A DNA stretch of 64,000 bases from Candidatus Hydrogenedentota bacterium (GTDB lineage: Bacteria > Hydrogenedentota > Hydrogenedentia > Hydrogenedentales > SLHB01): assembly GCA_963745075.1 (NCBI GenBank), contig CAVUWV010000018.1, positions 1 through 64,000 on the forward strand, given 5' to 3'. The position numbers and the translations under genes were made by a program. Below are positions 1 to 9,086 of this stretch, piece after piece. Each line of letters starts with the position of its first letter. Position 1 is the stretch's first letter. Below the pieces are notes generated by a model. That model was not told the DNA's origin and made no database searches. It was given only the letters and a program-made list of their open reading frames with translations.

Positions 1-243
1 AAGCCGGAACTATCTCTCGTTGTCGATTACTGCTGCAAACACCTTGAACTGTGGTACTGGTTTGCCGTCGTTGTGACCCACTTCTACCGATATGAGATTC
101 TGACGCATGATCAAGCGTACATCCTTGGATATGACAAAGCGTCTAAACAAGGGATCAAGGTGAAGAAATGGCTCGTGGAGAGTTTGCCGCGCTTACACGA
201 GGAGGCATTGCGCAGACAGCCCGATAACGAAATCGAATTATAG
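1..243 (+). CDS. 3' end of a hypothetical protein (partial, runs off the window start)
   Basis: Frame +1 is open from base 1 (KPELSLVVDYCCKHLELWYW...RRQPDNEIEL) to TAG at 241-243; no family recognised. Confidence 0.45.
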   Translation, partial: KPELSLVVDYCCKHLELWYWFAVVVTHFYRYEILTHDQAYILGYDKASKQGIKVKKWLVESLPRLHEEALRRQPDNEIEL

Positions 244-332
244 GGAATCGGCGAGTAGGCCACACGGCGCGGCGCGTGAATCGGTCGCGAAAGGGAAACT
301 CAGGGGCAGGCCACGAACACACGTGTGGTCAC
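238..332 (-). pseudogene. Decayed ParE/RelE-type toxin remnant
   Basis: GTG overlaps the antitoxin stop (GCGTGA) and reads MTTRVFV..; fragments PLSFP and RRFP occur in other frames; only ~95 nt remain. Confidence 0.4.
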
Positions 333-574
333 GCATCGTCCAGACTGCGGGCGATTCGGTCGCGGATTTCTCCCCAGGGGTCACCGTCCGACTCACCTGA
401 CAGAACGCGCCGGGCCCGCCGTTTAATCTCCCTCGCCCAAGCAGCTTGGACGGCGACAGGGTCCTCAGCATGTGATTCGTCTAGGCTCGCCAACGGTTCG
501 GCGGCGACATCGGCGCGTTCGTCCGGTGGAAGCGTCAAGGGTTCACGGAGTAACGTTTGCGCTCGGTCTGTCAC
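329..574 (-). CDS. Putative addiction module antitoxin (TIGR02574-like), possibly decaying
   Basis: MTDRAQTLLREPLTLPPDERADVAAEPLASLDE...AAWAREIKRR; L-x-L-x2-ERA-x-L/VA-x2-L-x-SLD and W-x2-EI-x-RR pattern. Confidence 0.75.
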   Translation of the reverse strand: MTDRAQTLLREPLTLPPDERADVAAEPLASLDESHAEDPVAVQAAWAREIKRRARRVLSGESDGDPWGEIRDRIARSLDDA

Positions 575-702
575 GAACGAATTGTGAGCCGGCACCGGAT
601 AATGCGGCAAGGATTGCGGGCGGTAGACATTCCCATGCTGCTGCTATAATGTGCAATCAAGCATTAGCTGCTGCGCGGGTGCGCGCGATGGAGAACGACT
701 CA

Positions 703-909
703 ATGCAATTCACTATCGAAACGGATCAAGAAACGGATGGCCGCTGGATTGCGGAAGTGATCGAACTGTCGGGGGTCATGAAGTATGGAGCGACTCGCGA
801 AGAGGCGATCGGGCAAGCGGAGGCCCTCGCCCTTCGTGTGATTGCAGAGCGAATCGAGGCAGGTGAACAGCCCGTGGCCCCAATCCAGATCTCGTTCGGC
901 GCCGCATGA
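703..909 (+). CDS. hicB: HicB family antitoxin
   Basis: MQFTIETDQETDGRWIAEVIELSGVMKYGATREEA; overlaps hicA start (ATGA). Confidence 0.85.
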   Translation: MQFTIETDQETDGRWIAEVIELSGVMKYGATREEAIGQAEALALRVIAERIEAGEQPVAPIQISFGAA

Positions 910-1118
910 GCCAATGGTCCAGTACACACGCACGCCTCGTGCTGGCTGCCTTGAAACGAAACGGTTGGACCGAGAAACGTGCGTCCGGTTCCCATCGCAC
1001 CCTGTCGAAAGAAGGGTGTCCTGACTTTGTGTTCGCCTTTCACGACAGAGAGGAAATCGGCCCACGAATGTTGAGGCGTATCGCGAAGAGAACCGGTTTA
1101 AAGCCTGAGGATTTGTGA
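906..1118 (+). CDS. hicA: HicA family toxin (mRNA interferase)
   Basis: LKRNGW..KRASGSHRTL..FAFHDREEIGPRML; GSH catalytic motif. Confidence 0.88.
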   Translation: MSQWSSTHARLVLAALKRNGWTEKRASGSHRTLSKEGCPDFVFAFHDREEIGPRMLRRIAKRTGLKPEDL

Positions 1119-1189
1119 ACCCGGTTGCGGAACGGGCGGTAAGTAAGGGGACACAATGTCTGACTCGGCATGAATACGTGGCGAAAGAA

Positions 1190-1456
1190 TCAGAAAAGGG
1201 AGGCAACAGACCAGGGTAATTCCAGTCGACGGGCGATTCGTTCACGTACATCTTCCCAGGCCTCGCCCTCTGATTCACCGGCCAGTACGCGGCGGGCGCG
1301 CCGGTCAATCTCCTTCGCCCAGGCGGCTTGGACGGCGGCAGGGTCCTCGGCAGGCGGTTCGTCAAGGCTCGCCAGCAATTCGGCAGCGACATCGGCGCGT
1401 TCATCCGGCGATAGCGCCAAGGCTTCACGAAGTAACGTTTGCGCTCGGTCGTTCAT
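1190..1456 (-). CDS. Putative addiction module antitoxin (TIGR02574-like), paralog of 329-574
   Basis: MNDRAQTLLREALALSPDERADVAAELLASLDE...AAWAKEIDRR; 58/76 aa identical to the 329-574 copy by manual alignment. Confidence 0.85.
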   Translation of the reverse strand: MNDRAQTLLREALALSPDERADVAAELLASLDEPPAEDPAAVQAAWAKEIDRRARRVLAGESEGEAWEDVRERIARRLELPWSVASLF

Positions 1457-1614
1457 GGATATATCCTAAGCGTTGACCGGTCTGCACGGCAAGCCGTTGG
1501 AGCCGAACGGATGGGTCCGCCGGTTCGCAGAATTCGGCGCGCCACCCCGAGCGACGCCACATCGTTGCGCGTATATGAGTACGTGTTGAGCGGCTGGAAT
1601 ACAAGGATATAGAC

Positions 1615-1827
1615 ATGGCGGCCAACGCGAGAATTTTGGCGGAGGCATTGAATCTGACCGCTGTCGAACGAGCGGAATTGGTCGATAGCCTCATCTCCAG
1701 CCTGGACGAGCCGGACAAGGAGTTTGATAAACAGTTGGCTCGGGAAGCTGAAGATCGAATCGATGCCTACGACCAGGGACGAATCAAGGCGCTTACCCTG
1801 GACGAAGTGGTCCAGAAGTACCGGTGA
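1615..1827 (+). CDS. Putative addiction module antitoxin (TIGR02574-like)
   Basis: ILAEALNLTAVERAELVDSLISSLDEPD...EAEDRIDAYDQG; AAGGA RBS upstream. Confidence 0.82.
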   Translation: MAANARILAEALNLTAVERAELVDSLISSLDEPDKEFDKQLAREAEDRIDAYDQGRIKALTLDEVVQKYR

Positions 1828-1941
1828 AACGGCCTTTTGAGCGTGGCCTGACTACTACATGTAAGATCGATGCGGCAGGCTGGAGCCTCATTGTGATATC
1901 ATGAAATTATGGATAGCGCTCGGGGAACGAGAGAGAGTCGG

Positions 1942-2139
1942 ATGAAATACAAGATTGCCATTCAAGAAACTGACGACGGATTCAGTGTTTCCGTGCCGGG
2001 ACTTCCAGGTTGCTGGTCTCAAGGCGCCACAGAAAGTGAGGCTCTCGAAAACATCCAGGATGCGATCCGGGAATACCTCGCCGCCCGCGATGAACTCCTC
2101 AAAGACGCAGTAGTGCGTGAAGTGGACGTTGTGGGCTGA
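1942..2139 (+). CDS. hicB: HicB family antitoxin
   Basis: MKYKIAIQETDDGFSVSVPGLPGCWSQGATESEALENIQDAI. Confidence 0.9.
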   Translation: MKYKIAIQETDDGFSVSVPGLPGCWSQGATESEALENIQDAIREYLAARDELLKDAVVREVDVVG

Positions 2140-2141
2140 GC

Positions 2142-2354
2142 GTGCCCAGCATTTCCGGCATCAATCACCAAAACGCCGTTCGGGCACTTCAAAAGGCCGG
2201 TTTTCAGGTCATCCGGCAAGGCAAACATGTCGTAATGAGTGACGGCGTTCGCATCCTCACCATTCCACGCCACAATCCCGTGAATGCCTACACGATGGGC
2301 GGCATCGTACGCGACGCCGGGCTTTCCGAAGACGATTTCCGCAAACTGCTGTAG
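2142..2354 (+). CDS. hicA: HicA family toxin
   Basis: AVRALQKAGFQVIRQGKHVVM..LTIPRHNPVNAYTMGGIVRDAGL; GTG start 2 nt after hicB stop. Confidence 0.88.
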   Translation: MPSISGINHQNAVRALQKAGFQVIRQGKHVVMSDGVRILTIPRHNPVNAYTMGGIVRDAGLSEDDFRKLL

Positions 2355-2604
2355 TCATCATGCTCCAACAGATACCACGAAGCCCCACGACCGAAATCAG
2401 GCTTAGGCTGGAAGTGCCCTGGGTACTTCGCACACGTGAGTTTTCGGCCCCTCGGGGCGCAAGCCCATACTGCGTCACGCGCCCCACTCCCGATTTGCGC
2501 CTTGACCCCGTCCTATGGTATATTCTGCCGTTCAAGGGTTTACGACCAAAACCAGGAATTGCACGCCCGCGGGTAGCGCGAGGCGGTTTTATGAGGAGAG
2601 ACTC

Positions 2605-2808
2605 GTGAAGAAGGGCATTCACCCCGAGTATGTTACGGCCAAGGTTTCCTGCGCCTGCGGGAACACCTTTGAGACCCGGTCCGTCAAGCCGGCGATCAAC
2701 GTCGAAATCTGTTCCGCCTGCCATCCGTTCTTTACCGGCAAGCAGAAGTTTGTCGACAGCGAAGGCCGCGTCGACCGCTTCAACAGGAAGTACGGCCGGA
2801 AGTCCTAG
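2605..2808 (+). CDS. rpmE: 50S ribosomal protein L31 (Zn-binding type)
   Basis: [49 protein letters not shown] start. Confidence 0.97.
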   Translation: MKKGIHPEYVTAKVSCACGNTFETRSVKPAINVEICSACHPFFTGKQKFVDSEGRVDRFNRKYGRKS

Positions 2809-2842
2809 GGCAGACCGCGCCTTCAACCCACGCCGTAGACCC

Positions 2843-3097
2843 AAATTCGAATCTCGAAATCCGAAATTCGAAACAAACTCGAATGTTCGAAATTCGAATG
2901 ACCGAAACCAACTCGGAACGGCAGTGTGGACGACTCCGCGGCAAGAGGATTCGGAATCACGGCAGTTGTGTCGCTACATACAAGCGGATTCCAGGAGAAC
3001 ACGGCATGCGGGGGTGGTAATTGCCATTTCCGTTTGGGGCATTTGAATTTGCGTCATTAGAATTTGTTTCGGATTTCGTGCTTCGGATTTCGAATTT
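2843..3097. repeat. Imperfect 66-bp inverted repeat pair built from heptamer units (arms 2843-2908 and 3032-3097)
   Basis: Left AAATTCGAATCTCGAAATCCGAAATTCGAAACAAACTCGAATG.. aligns without gaps to the reverse complement of the right arm AAATTCGAAATCCGAAGCACGAAATCCGAAACAAATTCTAATG.. Confidence 0.85.
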
Positions 3098-3142
3098 CTA
3101 TCCTCAGTTTCCAGGGTTGAATCACTAAGGTAACCACCCCGT

Positions 3143-4219
3143 ATGGATCGCGCTATGCGCCAAAGGCTCCTCGCGCTTCGCGAGGAGTACGACCGTCTCA
3201 CGGCTGAGATGTCCACCCAGGAAGTGGCCTCCGATCCGGACCGGTTCCGCCGTCTCGCCCAGCAGCAGCGTTCCATCGAAGAGGCCGTCAACACGTTCCA
3301 CCAATACGAGCGGTACGAAAAGCGCCTTGCCGATTCCGATCAAATGTTGCGCGACGAGACCGATTCCGAGTTGCGCGAAATGGCCGAGGGCGAGAAGCAG
3401 GAAGTCCTCGAAGTCCTGGAACAACTCGAACAGGACCTGCGCGTCCAGCTCATTCCCAAAGATCCGAACGACGCGAAGAACACCATCATGGAAATTCGCG
3501 CCGGGACCGGGGGAGAGGAGGCCGCCCTCTTCGTCGCCGATCTCTTCCGCATGTACAGCCGCCTCGCAGAACTGAAGGGTTGGAAGGTCGAGATTCTCGG
3601 GTCCAACCCCACCGGTATTGGCGGCTACAAGGAAATCAGCTTCTGCGTTTCCGGCGACAGCGTCTTCAGCCAACTGAAATTCGAAGGCGGCGTCCACCGC
3701 GTGCAACGCGTTCCCGCCACCGAAGCCCAGGGGCGCATCCACACCTCTGCCGTGACGGTGGCCGTGCTGCCCGAAGCCGAAGACGTCGATATCCACATCG
3801 ACCCCACCGAACTGCACATCGACGTGTACCGGGCCTCCGGGGCGGGCGGCCAGCACGTGAACACAACGGACTCCGCCGTTCGCATTACCCACGTTCCCAC
3901 CGGCGTCGTGGTGTCCTGCCAGGACGAGCGGTCCCAGCACAAGAACAAGGCCAAAGCCATGGCCGTGCTGCGCGCGCGTTTGCTGGCCCACAAGGAAGAA
4001 GAGGAAGATGCCAAGCGTTCCGCCAACCGCAAGAGCCAAGTCGGCAGCGGCGACCGCAGCGAACGCATCCGCACCTACAACTTCCCGCAAAACCGACTTA
4101 CCGATCACCGTATCGGCCTGACGCTCCATCAACTCGAAAACGTCATGGAAGGCGAACTCCAGCCCGTTATCGACGCCCTTATCGACGCCGACCGCGCCGC
4201 CAAAATGTCGTTGACCTGA
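3143..4219 (+). CDS. prfA: Peptide chain release factor 1
   Basis: GAGGQHVN (GGQ), RVPATE (PxT anticodon of RF1), [21 protein letters not shown]. Confidence 0.98.
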   Translation: MDRAMRQRLLALREEYDRLTAEMSTQEVASDPDRFRRLAQQQRSIEEAVNTFHQYERYEKRLADSDQMLRDETDSELREMAEGEKQEVLEVLEQLEQDLRVQLIPKDPNDAKNTIMEIRAGTGGEEAALFVADLFRMYSRLAELKGWKVEILGSNPTGIGGYKEISFCVSGDSVFSQLKFEGGVHRVQRVPATEAQGRIHTSAVTVAVLPEAEDVDIHIDPTELHIDVYRASGAGGQHVNTTDSAVRITHVPTGVVVSCQDERSQHKNKAKAMAVLRARLLAHKEEEEDAKRSANRKSQVGSGDRSERIRTYNFPQNRLTDHRIGLTLHQLENVMEGELQPVIDALIDADRAAKMSLT

Positions 4220-4269
4220 ATACGAACCAACACAAAAGAGGACGCACGTAACAGCAGGTGCTTCACGTA

Positions 4270-4433
4270 AAGAACATCCCCCTTGATCCCCCTTCAAAGG
4301 GGGAAATTCACAACGCTTTGCGTTGCGTGGGGGTTCGTAACGGCTCCACATCGGAGCAGTTCACGTTGTATAGACTGACAACGACGGTTACGCACAACTC
4401 CCCCTTTGAAGGGGGATCAAGGGGGATGTTCTT
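4270..4433. repeat. Perfect 35-bp inverted repeat (4270-4304 / 4399-4433) around a 94-nt spacer, MITE/REP-like
   Basis: AAGAACATCCCCCTTGATCCCCCTTCAAAGGGGGA and its exact reverse complement; each arm holds the hairpin CCCCCTT-CA-AAGGGGG. Confidence 0.9.
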
Positions 4434-4493
4434 ATGGTGACCACGCGTTCCCGTAGTTATATCCTCAAGCACAGGTAGGCAGGTGCACCGAAA

Positions 4494-5339
4494 ATGCCCA
4501 CCCTTGGCGAACGCCTGGAAACCGTCACCCGCGCATTATCCGAGGTCAGCGAATCGCCCCGCACCGACGCGGAGTACCTGCTGGCCCATGCGTTGGGCAT
4601 CGCACGGAGCAAGCTGCTCGCGCGCCTGTCCGAAACGACCGAACCCGCCGGCTTTGATGCATTATTAAAGCGCCGTCTCGCCCACGAACCCGTGGCGTAT
4701 ATCCTCGGGGAATGGGAGTTCTACTCCCTCGATCTCGAAGTCGGGGCCCCCATACTCGTTCCCCGGCCGGAGACCGAACACCTTGTCGAGGTGGTGCTCG
4801 AATTTGTCGGCGATCGCGCCATCCGCATTCTCGAAATCGGTACCGGCACCGGCTGCGTTGCCATCGCCATCGCAAAGCACGCGCCCGGTACTCTGGTTGT
4901 GGCGACGGACATCAACCCTGCCGCCCTGCAACTCGCCCAACGCAACGCCGAACGGCATGATCTGACCAAACGCATCGAATGGCGGGAGGGAAGTCTCTAC
5001 GGAGCCCTCTGCGACGACGACGCTCCCTTCGATGTCATCTGTTCCAACCCGCCCTATGTCGAAGAAGTCGACTATCCGAATCTCTCGCCGACCATCCGTC
5101 TGCACGAAGATCGCCGCGCCCTCGTCGCTGGTCCCGACGGTCTGGACATTGTCCGCGAACTCATTGCGCACGCCGGGAAGCATCTCGTCCCCGGCGGTCT
5201 GCTTGCGCTCGAAATCGGGCTCGGGCAGTATGCTAGAGTACGGGAACTGATGACGGATGCCGGGCTGGAGTTGCCCGGCGTTCGCCGCGATCTCGCAGGA
5301 ATCGAACGCATTGGCTACGCGAGGAGACCAGGACTATGA
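4494..5339 (+). CDS. prmC: Release factor N5-glutamine methyltransferase
   Basis: EPVAYILG, LVPRPETE, LEIGTGTG, SNPPY; follows prfA. Confidence 0.96.
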   Translation: MPTLGERLETVTRALSEVSESPRTDAEYLLAHALGIARSKLLARLSETTEPAGFDALLKRRLAHEPVAYILGEWEFYSLDLEVGAPILVPRPETEHLVEVVLEFVGDRAIRILEIGTGTGCVAIAIAKHAPGTLVVATDINPAALQLAQRNAERHDLTKRIEWREGSLYGALCDDDAPFDVICSNPPYVEEVDYPNLSPTIRLHEDRRALVAGPDGLDIVRELIAHAGKHLVPGGLLALEIGLGQYARVRELMTDAGLELPGVRRDLAGIERIGYARRPGL

Positions 5340-6031
5340 AGACGCCGGAGTACTCGACCGCCGTCCGGGAATTGCCGCCCGACGAACGGCCGCGGGAACG
5401 GCTCGCCCGCCTGGGCCCCAAAGCCCTGCGCGACGCCGAACTCATCGCCGTCCTCTTCCGGACCGGGACCCGCGAAGTGGGCGCCGTGGCCCTCGCCGAC
5501 CGCGCGATTCAACACTTCGGCGACCTTCGCGCCCTGGCCCGCGCGTCCATTGAAGAGTTACAGCAGGTCAAAGGTCTCGGGCCCGTGAAAGCGATCGAAA
5601 TCAAGGCCGCCCTCGAACTCGGCACGCGGCTCGCCCAACACAATGCCCAGGAACGCGACAAAGTGACCAGCGCGGCCGACGTCGTAAACCTGCTCATGAT
5701 CGAATACAAGGACAAAGAAGTTGAAGAATTCAAGGCCCTGCTCTTGAATACCAAGAACGAAGTGCTCAAGATCCTGCCCATATCCAGCGGCGTGCTCGAC
5801 GCAACCCTCGCGCTCCCGCGCGACGTGTTTCGCCAGGCAATCCGCGACGGGGCGACCGCCGTGATCGTGTGTCACAATCATCCCAGTGGCGACCCGGAGC
5901 CCAGCCGCGACGATATCAGCCTAACCCGGCGCCTGGCCGAAGCCGCGGAAATCCTGGGAATACGCTTCCTGGATCACGTCGTCTTCGGCGATGGCCGATA
6001 CGTCAGTCTGAAAGAAAGGAATTTGATGTGA
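5336..6031 (+). CDS. radC: RadC/UPF0758 JAB-domain protein
   Basis: ERPRERL, GLGPVKA HhH, CHNHPSGDPEPSRDD, LDHVV. Confidence 0.95.
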   Translation: MKTPEYSTAVRELPPDERPRERLARLGPKALRDAELIAVLFRTGTREVGAVALADRAIQHFGDLRALARASIEELQQVKGLGPVKAIEIKAALELGTRLAQHNAQERDKVTSAADVVNLLMIEYKDKEVEEFKALLLNTKNEVLKILPISSGVLDATLALPRDVFRQAIRDGATAVIVCHNHPSGDPEPSRDDISLTRRLAEAAEILGIRFLDHVVFGDGRYVSLKERNLM

Positions 6032-6705
6032 ACCCTCCGTTCAGCGGATGGCGTGAAGGCGCCCCATTCTACGTTCCCCTCATCGGACTGGGCGCGCTAC
6101 TTCTAATTTTCGCCGGTGATTCCATGACGGGGTTCGTTATTTCCCTCGTGCTTCTCGGACTCGGCGGATTCACGCTTTACTTCTTCCGCGATCCACACCG
6201 GACTATCAGTCCGGCCCCGGAAGACATCGTCTCTCCCGCGGACGGAACCGTCGTCGGCATCGAAGATCTTGAAACAAGCCCCTACTACGATGGCCCCTGC
6301 CGTCGCGTATCCATCTTCTTATCCATATTGGATGTGCACGTCAACCGCGCTCCGTGTGATGGGACCATCGAATCCATCACCTACCGGCCGGGCCGCTTTC
6401 TGAACGCCATGAAAGCGGAAAGCAGCGAGCAGAACGAGGCCAACACCGTCGTGATGTCCACACCCCACGGCCCCGTGACCGTCCGTCAGATTTCCGGCCT
6501 CATCGCCCGGCGCATCGTTTGCCGGCGCAACGTGGAGGATACCCTGGTTAAAGGCGAGCGATTCGGCATGATCCGCTTCGGTTCCCGCACCGAACTCTAT
6601 CTTCCGCAGGGCACCCCGGTCTGTGTTAAACTAAAAGAGAAAGTACGCGGCGGCGCTACCGTGATGGCGCGGTTTGCAGCATCCCCGTCAGGGACGGAAG
6701 AGTAA
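6028..6705 (+). CDS. psd: Phosphatidylserine decarboxylase proenzyme (short type)
   Basis: FFRDP, SPADG, DVHVNRAP, GMIRFGSR self-cleavage motif; GTG start overlaps radC stop. Confidence 0.92.
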   Translation: MNPPFSGWREGAPFYVPLIGLGALLLIFAGDSMTGFVISLVLLGLGGFTLYFFRDPHRTISPAPEDIVSPADGTVVGIEDLETSPYYDGPCRRVSIFLSILDVHVNRAPCDGTIESITYRPGRFLNAMKAESSEQNEANTVVMSTPHGPVTVRQISGLIARRIVCRRNVEDTLVKGERFGMIRFGSRTELYLPQGTPVCVKLKEKVRGGATVMARFAASPSGTEE

Positions 6706-6713
6706 AAGGTACC

Positions 6714-7589
6714 ATGACACGGAACCCGTTCAAACGCGATGGTGAAGGCCGACCGTCCCGGTCGAGCCGGAAGCGGCGCAAGCCCAATCGCCGGCGCCCG
6801 ATCAATGTACTGGCCGGCGCGATCACCACGCTGAATCTCTACTGTGGAATCGCCAGCATCTTTGCCGCAATCGAAGGGAATTTCAGCAAAGCCGTTTACT
6901 GGATCTTTGCCGCGATCGTGCTGGACATGTTGGACGGCACCGTGGCTCGGCTCACGAAAAGTGTTTCGGAGTTTGGCAAGCAACTCGACAGCCTGTGCGA
7001 TGTGGTGTCTTTCGGAGTCGCGCCCGCCGTGCTCATCTACAAAGTCTATTTGCCTCTCGAGATCAACGCGGTATCCCGGATCGGCGGGGTGATGGCGATT
7101 ATTTACGTCATTTGTGCGGCCCTGCGATTGGCGCGTTTCAACGTGTATCAAGCCGAAATCCGCGAATACTTCATCGGGTTGCCCAGTCCCGCCGCCGCGA
7201 TTACCATTGCGTCGTTTGTCCTGTTCACGGAGTACTTCTGGCCGGATATCTCCTTCGATATATCCTTCTGGGTAGTCGGGCCGATCACCCTGCTAATGGC
7301 GTATCTGATGGTCAGTACCGTCCAGTACCCCAAAAACAAAATGAAATCGATGCTCCTCGCGCCGCGGAATGGATTTCGGCTACTGGCTCTGTGCGCGGTG
7401 GGGATTGCCGTCTTCGATTACGCCAGCCGGCGTTCCCCGTCCATCGTGCTCTTTCCGTTGGCCGCGTCGTACTGCCTCTTCGGCGTCGTCGACACCGGTT
7501 ACCGGCGCTTCATCCGGCACCAGGCGCGAACCCAATCCGAGAGTCCGGCGCCGCCGCAAACGCCCGCCGATCAGCCGCCGCGCGCCTGA
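6714..7589 (+). CDS. pssA: CDP-diacylglycerol--serine O-phosphatidyltransferase
   Basis: DMLDGTVAR..FGKQLDSLCDVVSFG CDP-alcohol motif, LRLARFN, FIGLPSP. Confidence 0.93.
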   Translation: MTRNPFKRDGEGRPSRSSRKRRKPNRRRPINVLAGAITTLNLYCGIASIFAAIEGNFSKAVYWIFAAIVLDMLDGTVARLTKSVSEFGKQLDSLCDVVSFGVAPAVLIYKVYLPLEINAVSRIGGVMAIIYVICAALRLARFNVYQAEIREYFIGLPSPAAAITIASFVLFTEYFWPDISFDISFWVVGPITLLMAYLMVSTVQYPKNKMKSMLLAPRNGFRLLALCAVGIAVFDYASRRSPSIVLFPLAASYCLFGVVDTGYRRFIRHQARTQSESPAPPQTPADQPPRA

Positions 7590-8866
7590 CCCTCCGTAAA
7601 CAGGGCCGTTTTGCGGTAATAGGCAATGCCTTCAAGCACCAGCACTTTCAGCGCCGCCGCAATAGGTACGGCCAATAACAGTCCCAGGAATCCCAGGAAG
7701 TTTCCGAACACCAGAATCGCCAGAATCACCCAGACCGGATTCAAGCCAACCTTATCGCCCACGATTTTCGGCGTCAGCACATTGCCTTCCAAGGCCTGCG
7801 CGACTCCTATCGTCGCAACCACGGCCACGATATGCCAATCGAAACCGTATTGAAGCACCGTAAGCGTGGCTGCAATGGAAGCCACCATGATCACCCCGAG
7901 AAACGGGATGAAACTGGCCACTACTCCGAACGCCGCGATTAGGATCGCAAAGGGCGTCTGTGCGAGGAGAAATCCCACTGCGTACATCGCACCGAGGCAG
8001 AAGCACACCGTGATCTGTCCCCGCAAAAAACTTCGAAGTTGGTCGTTGATCTGGCTCGCGATCGAGACCGTCTTATCCCGGTACTTGGGCGGGATCAATT
8101 CCCGCGCACCCCGGACCAGTCCGTCAAAGTCCCGTAGGAGATACCCTGCCACAAAGGCGAACAGCGCGAAATTGGCCACGAACAAAACAACCTGGAGCAC
8201 GCCATTTCCCAGGAGCGAAAATAGTCCGAACAGATTGACCCCCGCCTGCCTGCCAACGGCCGCGAAGGTACCGAGATTCCCCTTGACGAACTGCAAGGCC
8301 GACTTTCGGACAACCTGGCCGATGTACATGGCGAGCACTTCGCGCCGAGTCAATTCCGTAGCAGGAGAGGTTGGCGCACTCGCTGTCGCTGTGTCCGATG
8401 CCGCCTCCGGTTCCGTTTGGCTGCTTGATTGACCGGTGGTTTCCGTGGCCACGGCGTCGTCACTCGGAAGCGCCTGCACGTGCGAAGCTTCCAATTCCGC
8501 TGCCATCTTGTCGAAAGGCAAGCGCTCCAACATGCGTTCGAGCCACGCGCCGCCCACGACTTCCGTGTTCGCAGATCGGATCAGATCCTCCGCCTGATGG
8601 TAGATCGACGGCAATACCACCAAGGGCACACTCAGTGCCCCAAGAATCCCTACCACGGCCAATCCTGCGATCGTGACGCCACGGGATATCTTCCGCGCCT
8701 CAAAGTAGTCCACCACCGGATCAAATACATAGGCCACAATGAGCGCGAGAAAAAGCGGCACCAGGATGGGTTTGAGGATGTACACCACAACACCGAGCAG
8801 CACCAGGGCCAGCACGGCTGCCACAGCGCGCACCCAGGGATTCGTCAGAACCGGCTCCAGCATCAA
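7571..8866 (-). CDS. AI-2E family (PerM/UPF0118) transporter
   Basis: Multiple TM helices, FLRGQ, EGNVLTPKIVGDKVGLNP, GFLGLLLAVP. Confidence 0.9.
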   Translation of the reverse strand: MMLEPVLTNPWVRAVAAVLALVLLGVVVYILKPILVPLFLALIVAYVFDPVVDYFEARKISRGVTIAGLAVVGILGALSVPLVVLPSIYHQAEDLIRSANTEVVGGAWLERMLERLPFDKMAAELEASHVQALPSDDAVATETTGQSSSQTEPEAASDTATASAPTSPATELTRREVLAMYIGQVVRKSALQFVKGNLGTFAAVGRQAGVNLFGLFSLLGNGVLQVVLFVANFALFAFVAGYLLRDFDGLVRGARELIPPKYRDKTVSIASQINDQLRSFLRGQITVCFCLGAMYAVGFLLAQTPFAILIAAFGVVASFIPFLGVIMVASIAATLTVLQYGFDWHIVAVVATIGVAQALEGNVLTPKIVGDKVGLNPVWVILAILVFGNFLGFLGLLLAVPIAAALKVLVLEGIAYYRKTALFTEGQARGG

Positions 8867-8979
8867 GTTTCTCCTCCGTTATCTCCCGCGATTCCGCACG
8901 TCACAGTGCCGCCGCATTCTATCATCCGCCACCCGAACAGTACATCCCCGTGCGAGCACATTCGGTCTACCACGTCGTC

Positions 8980-9002
8980 CGTCCCTATCGTCCCTATCGT
9001 CC
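8980..9002. repeat. Short 9-mer tandem repeat (CGTCCCTAT)x2.5
   Basis: CGTCCCTAT CGTCCCTAT CGTCC in a divergent intergenic region. Confidence 0.5.
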
Positions 9003-9086
9003 AGTACCCAATCATCGCCCCTGTCACAACTCCTTCAGATGGGGTACAATACCGGTGAATTGGATGTAGTTTGAGTACTCGAGGTC

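Noticed and set aside
3143..4219. Programmed frameshift as in prfB
   Set aside because: The gene is RF1 (PAT motif) with a continuous frame
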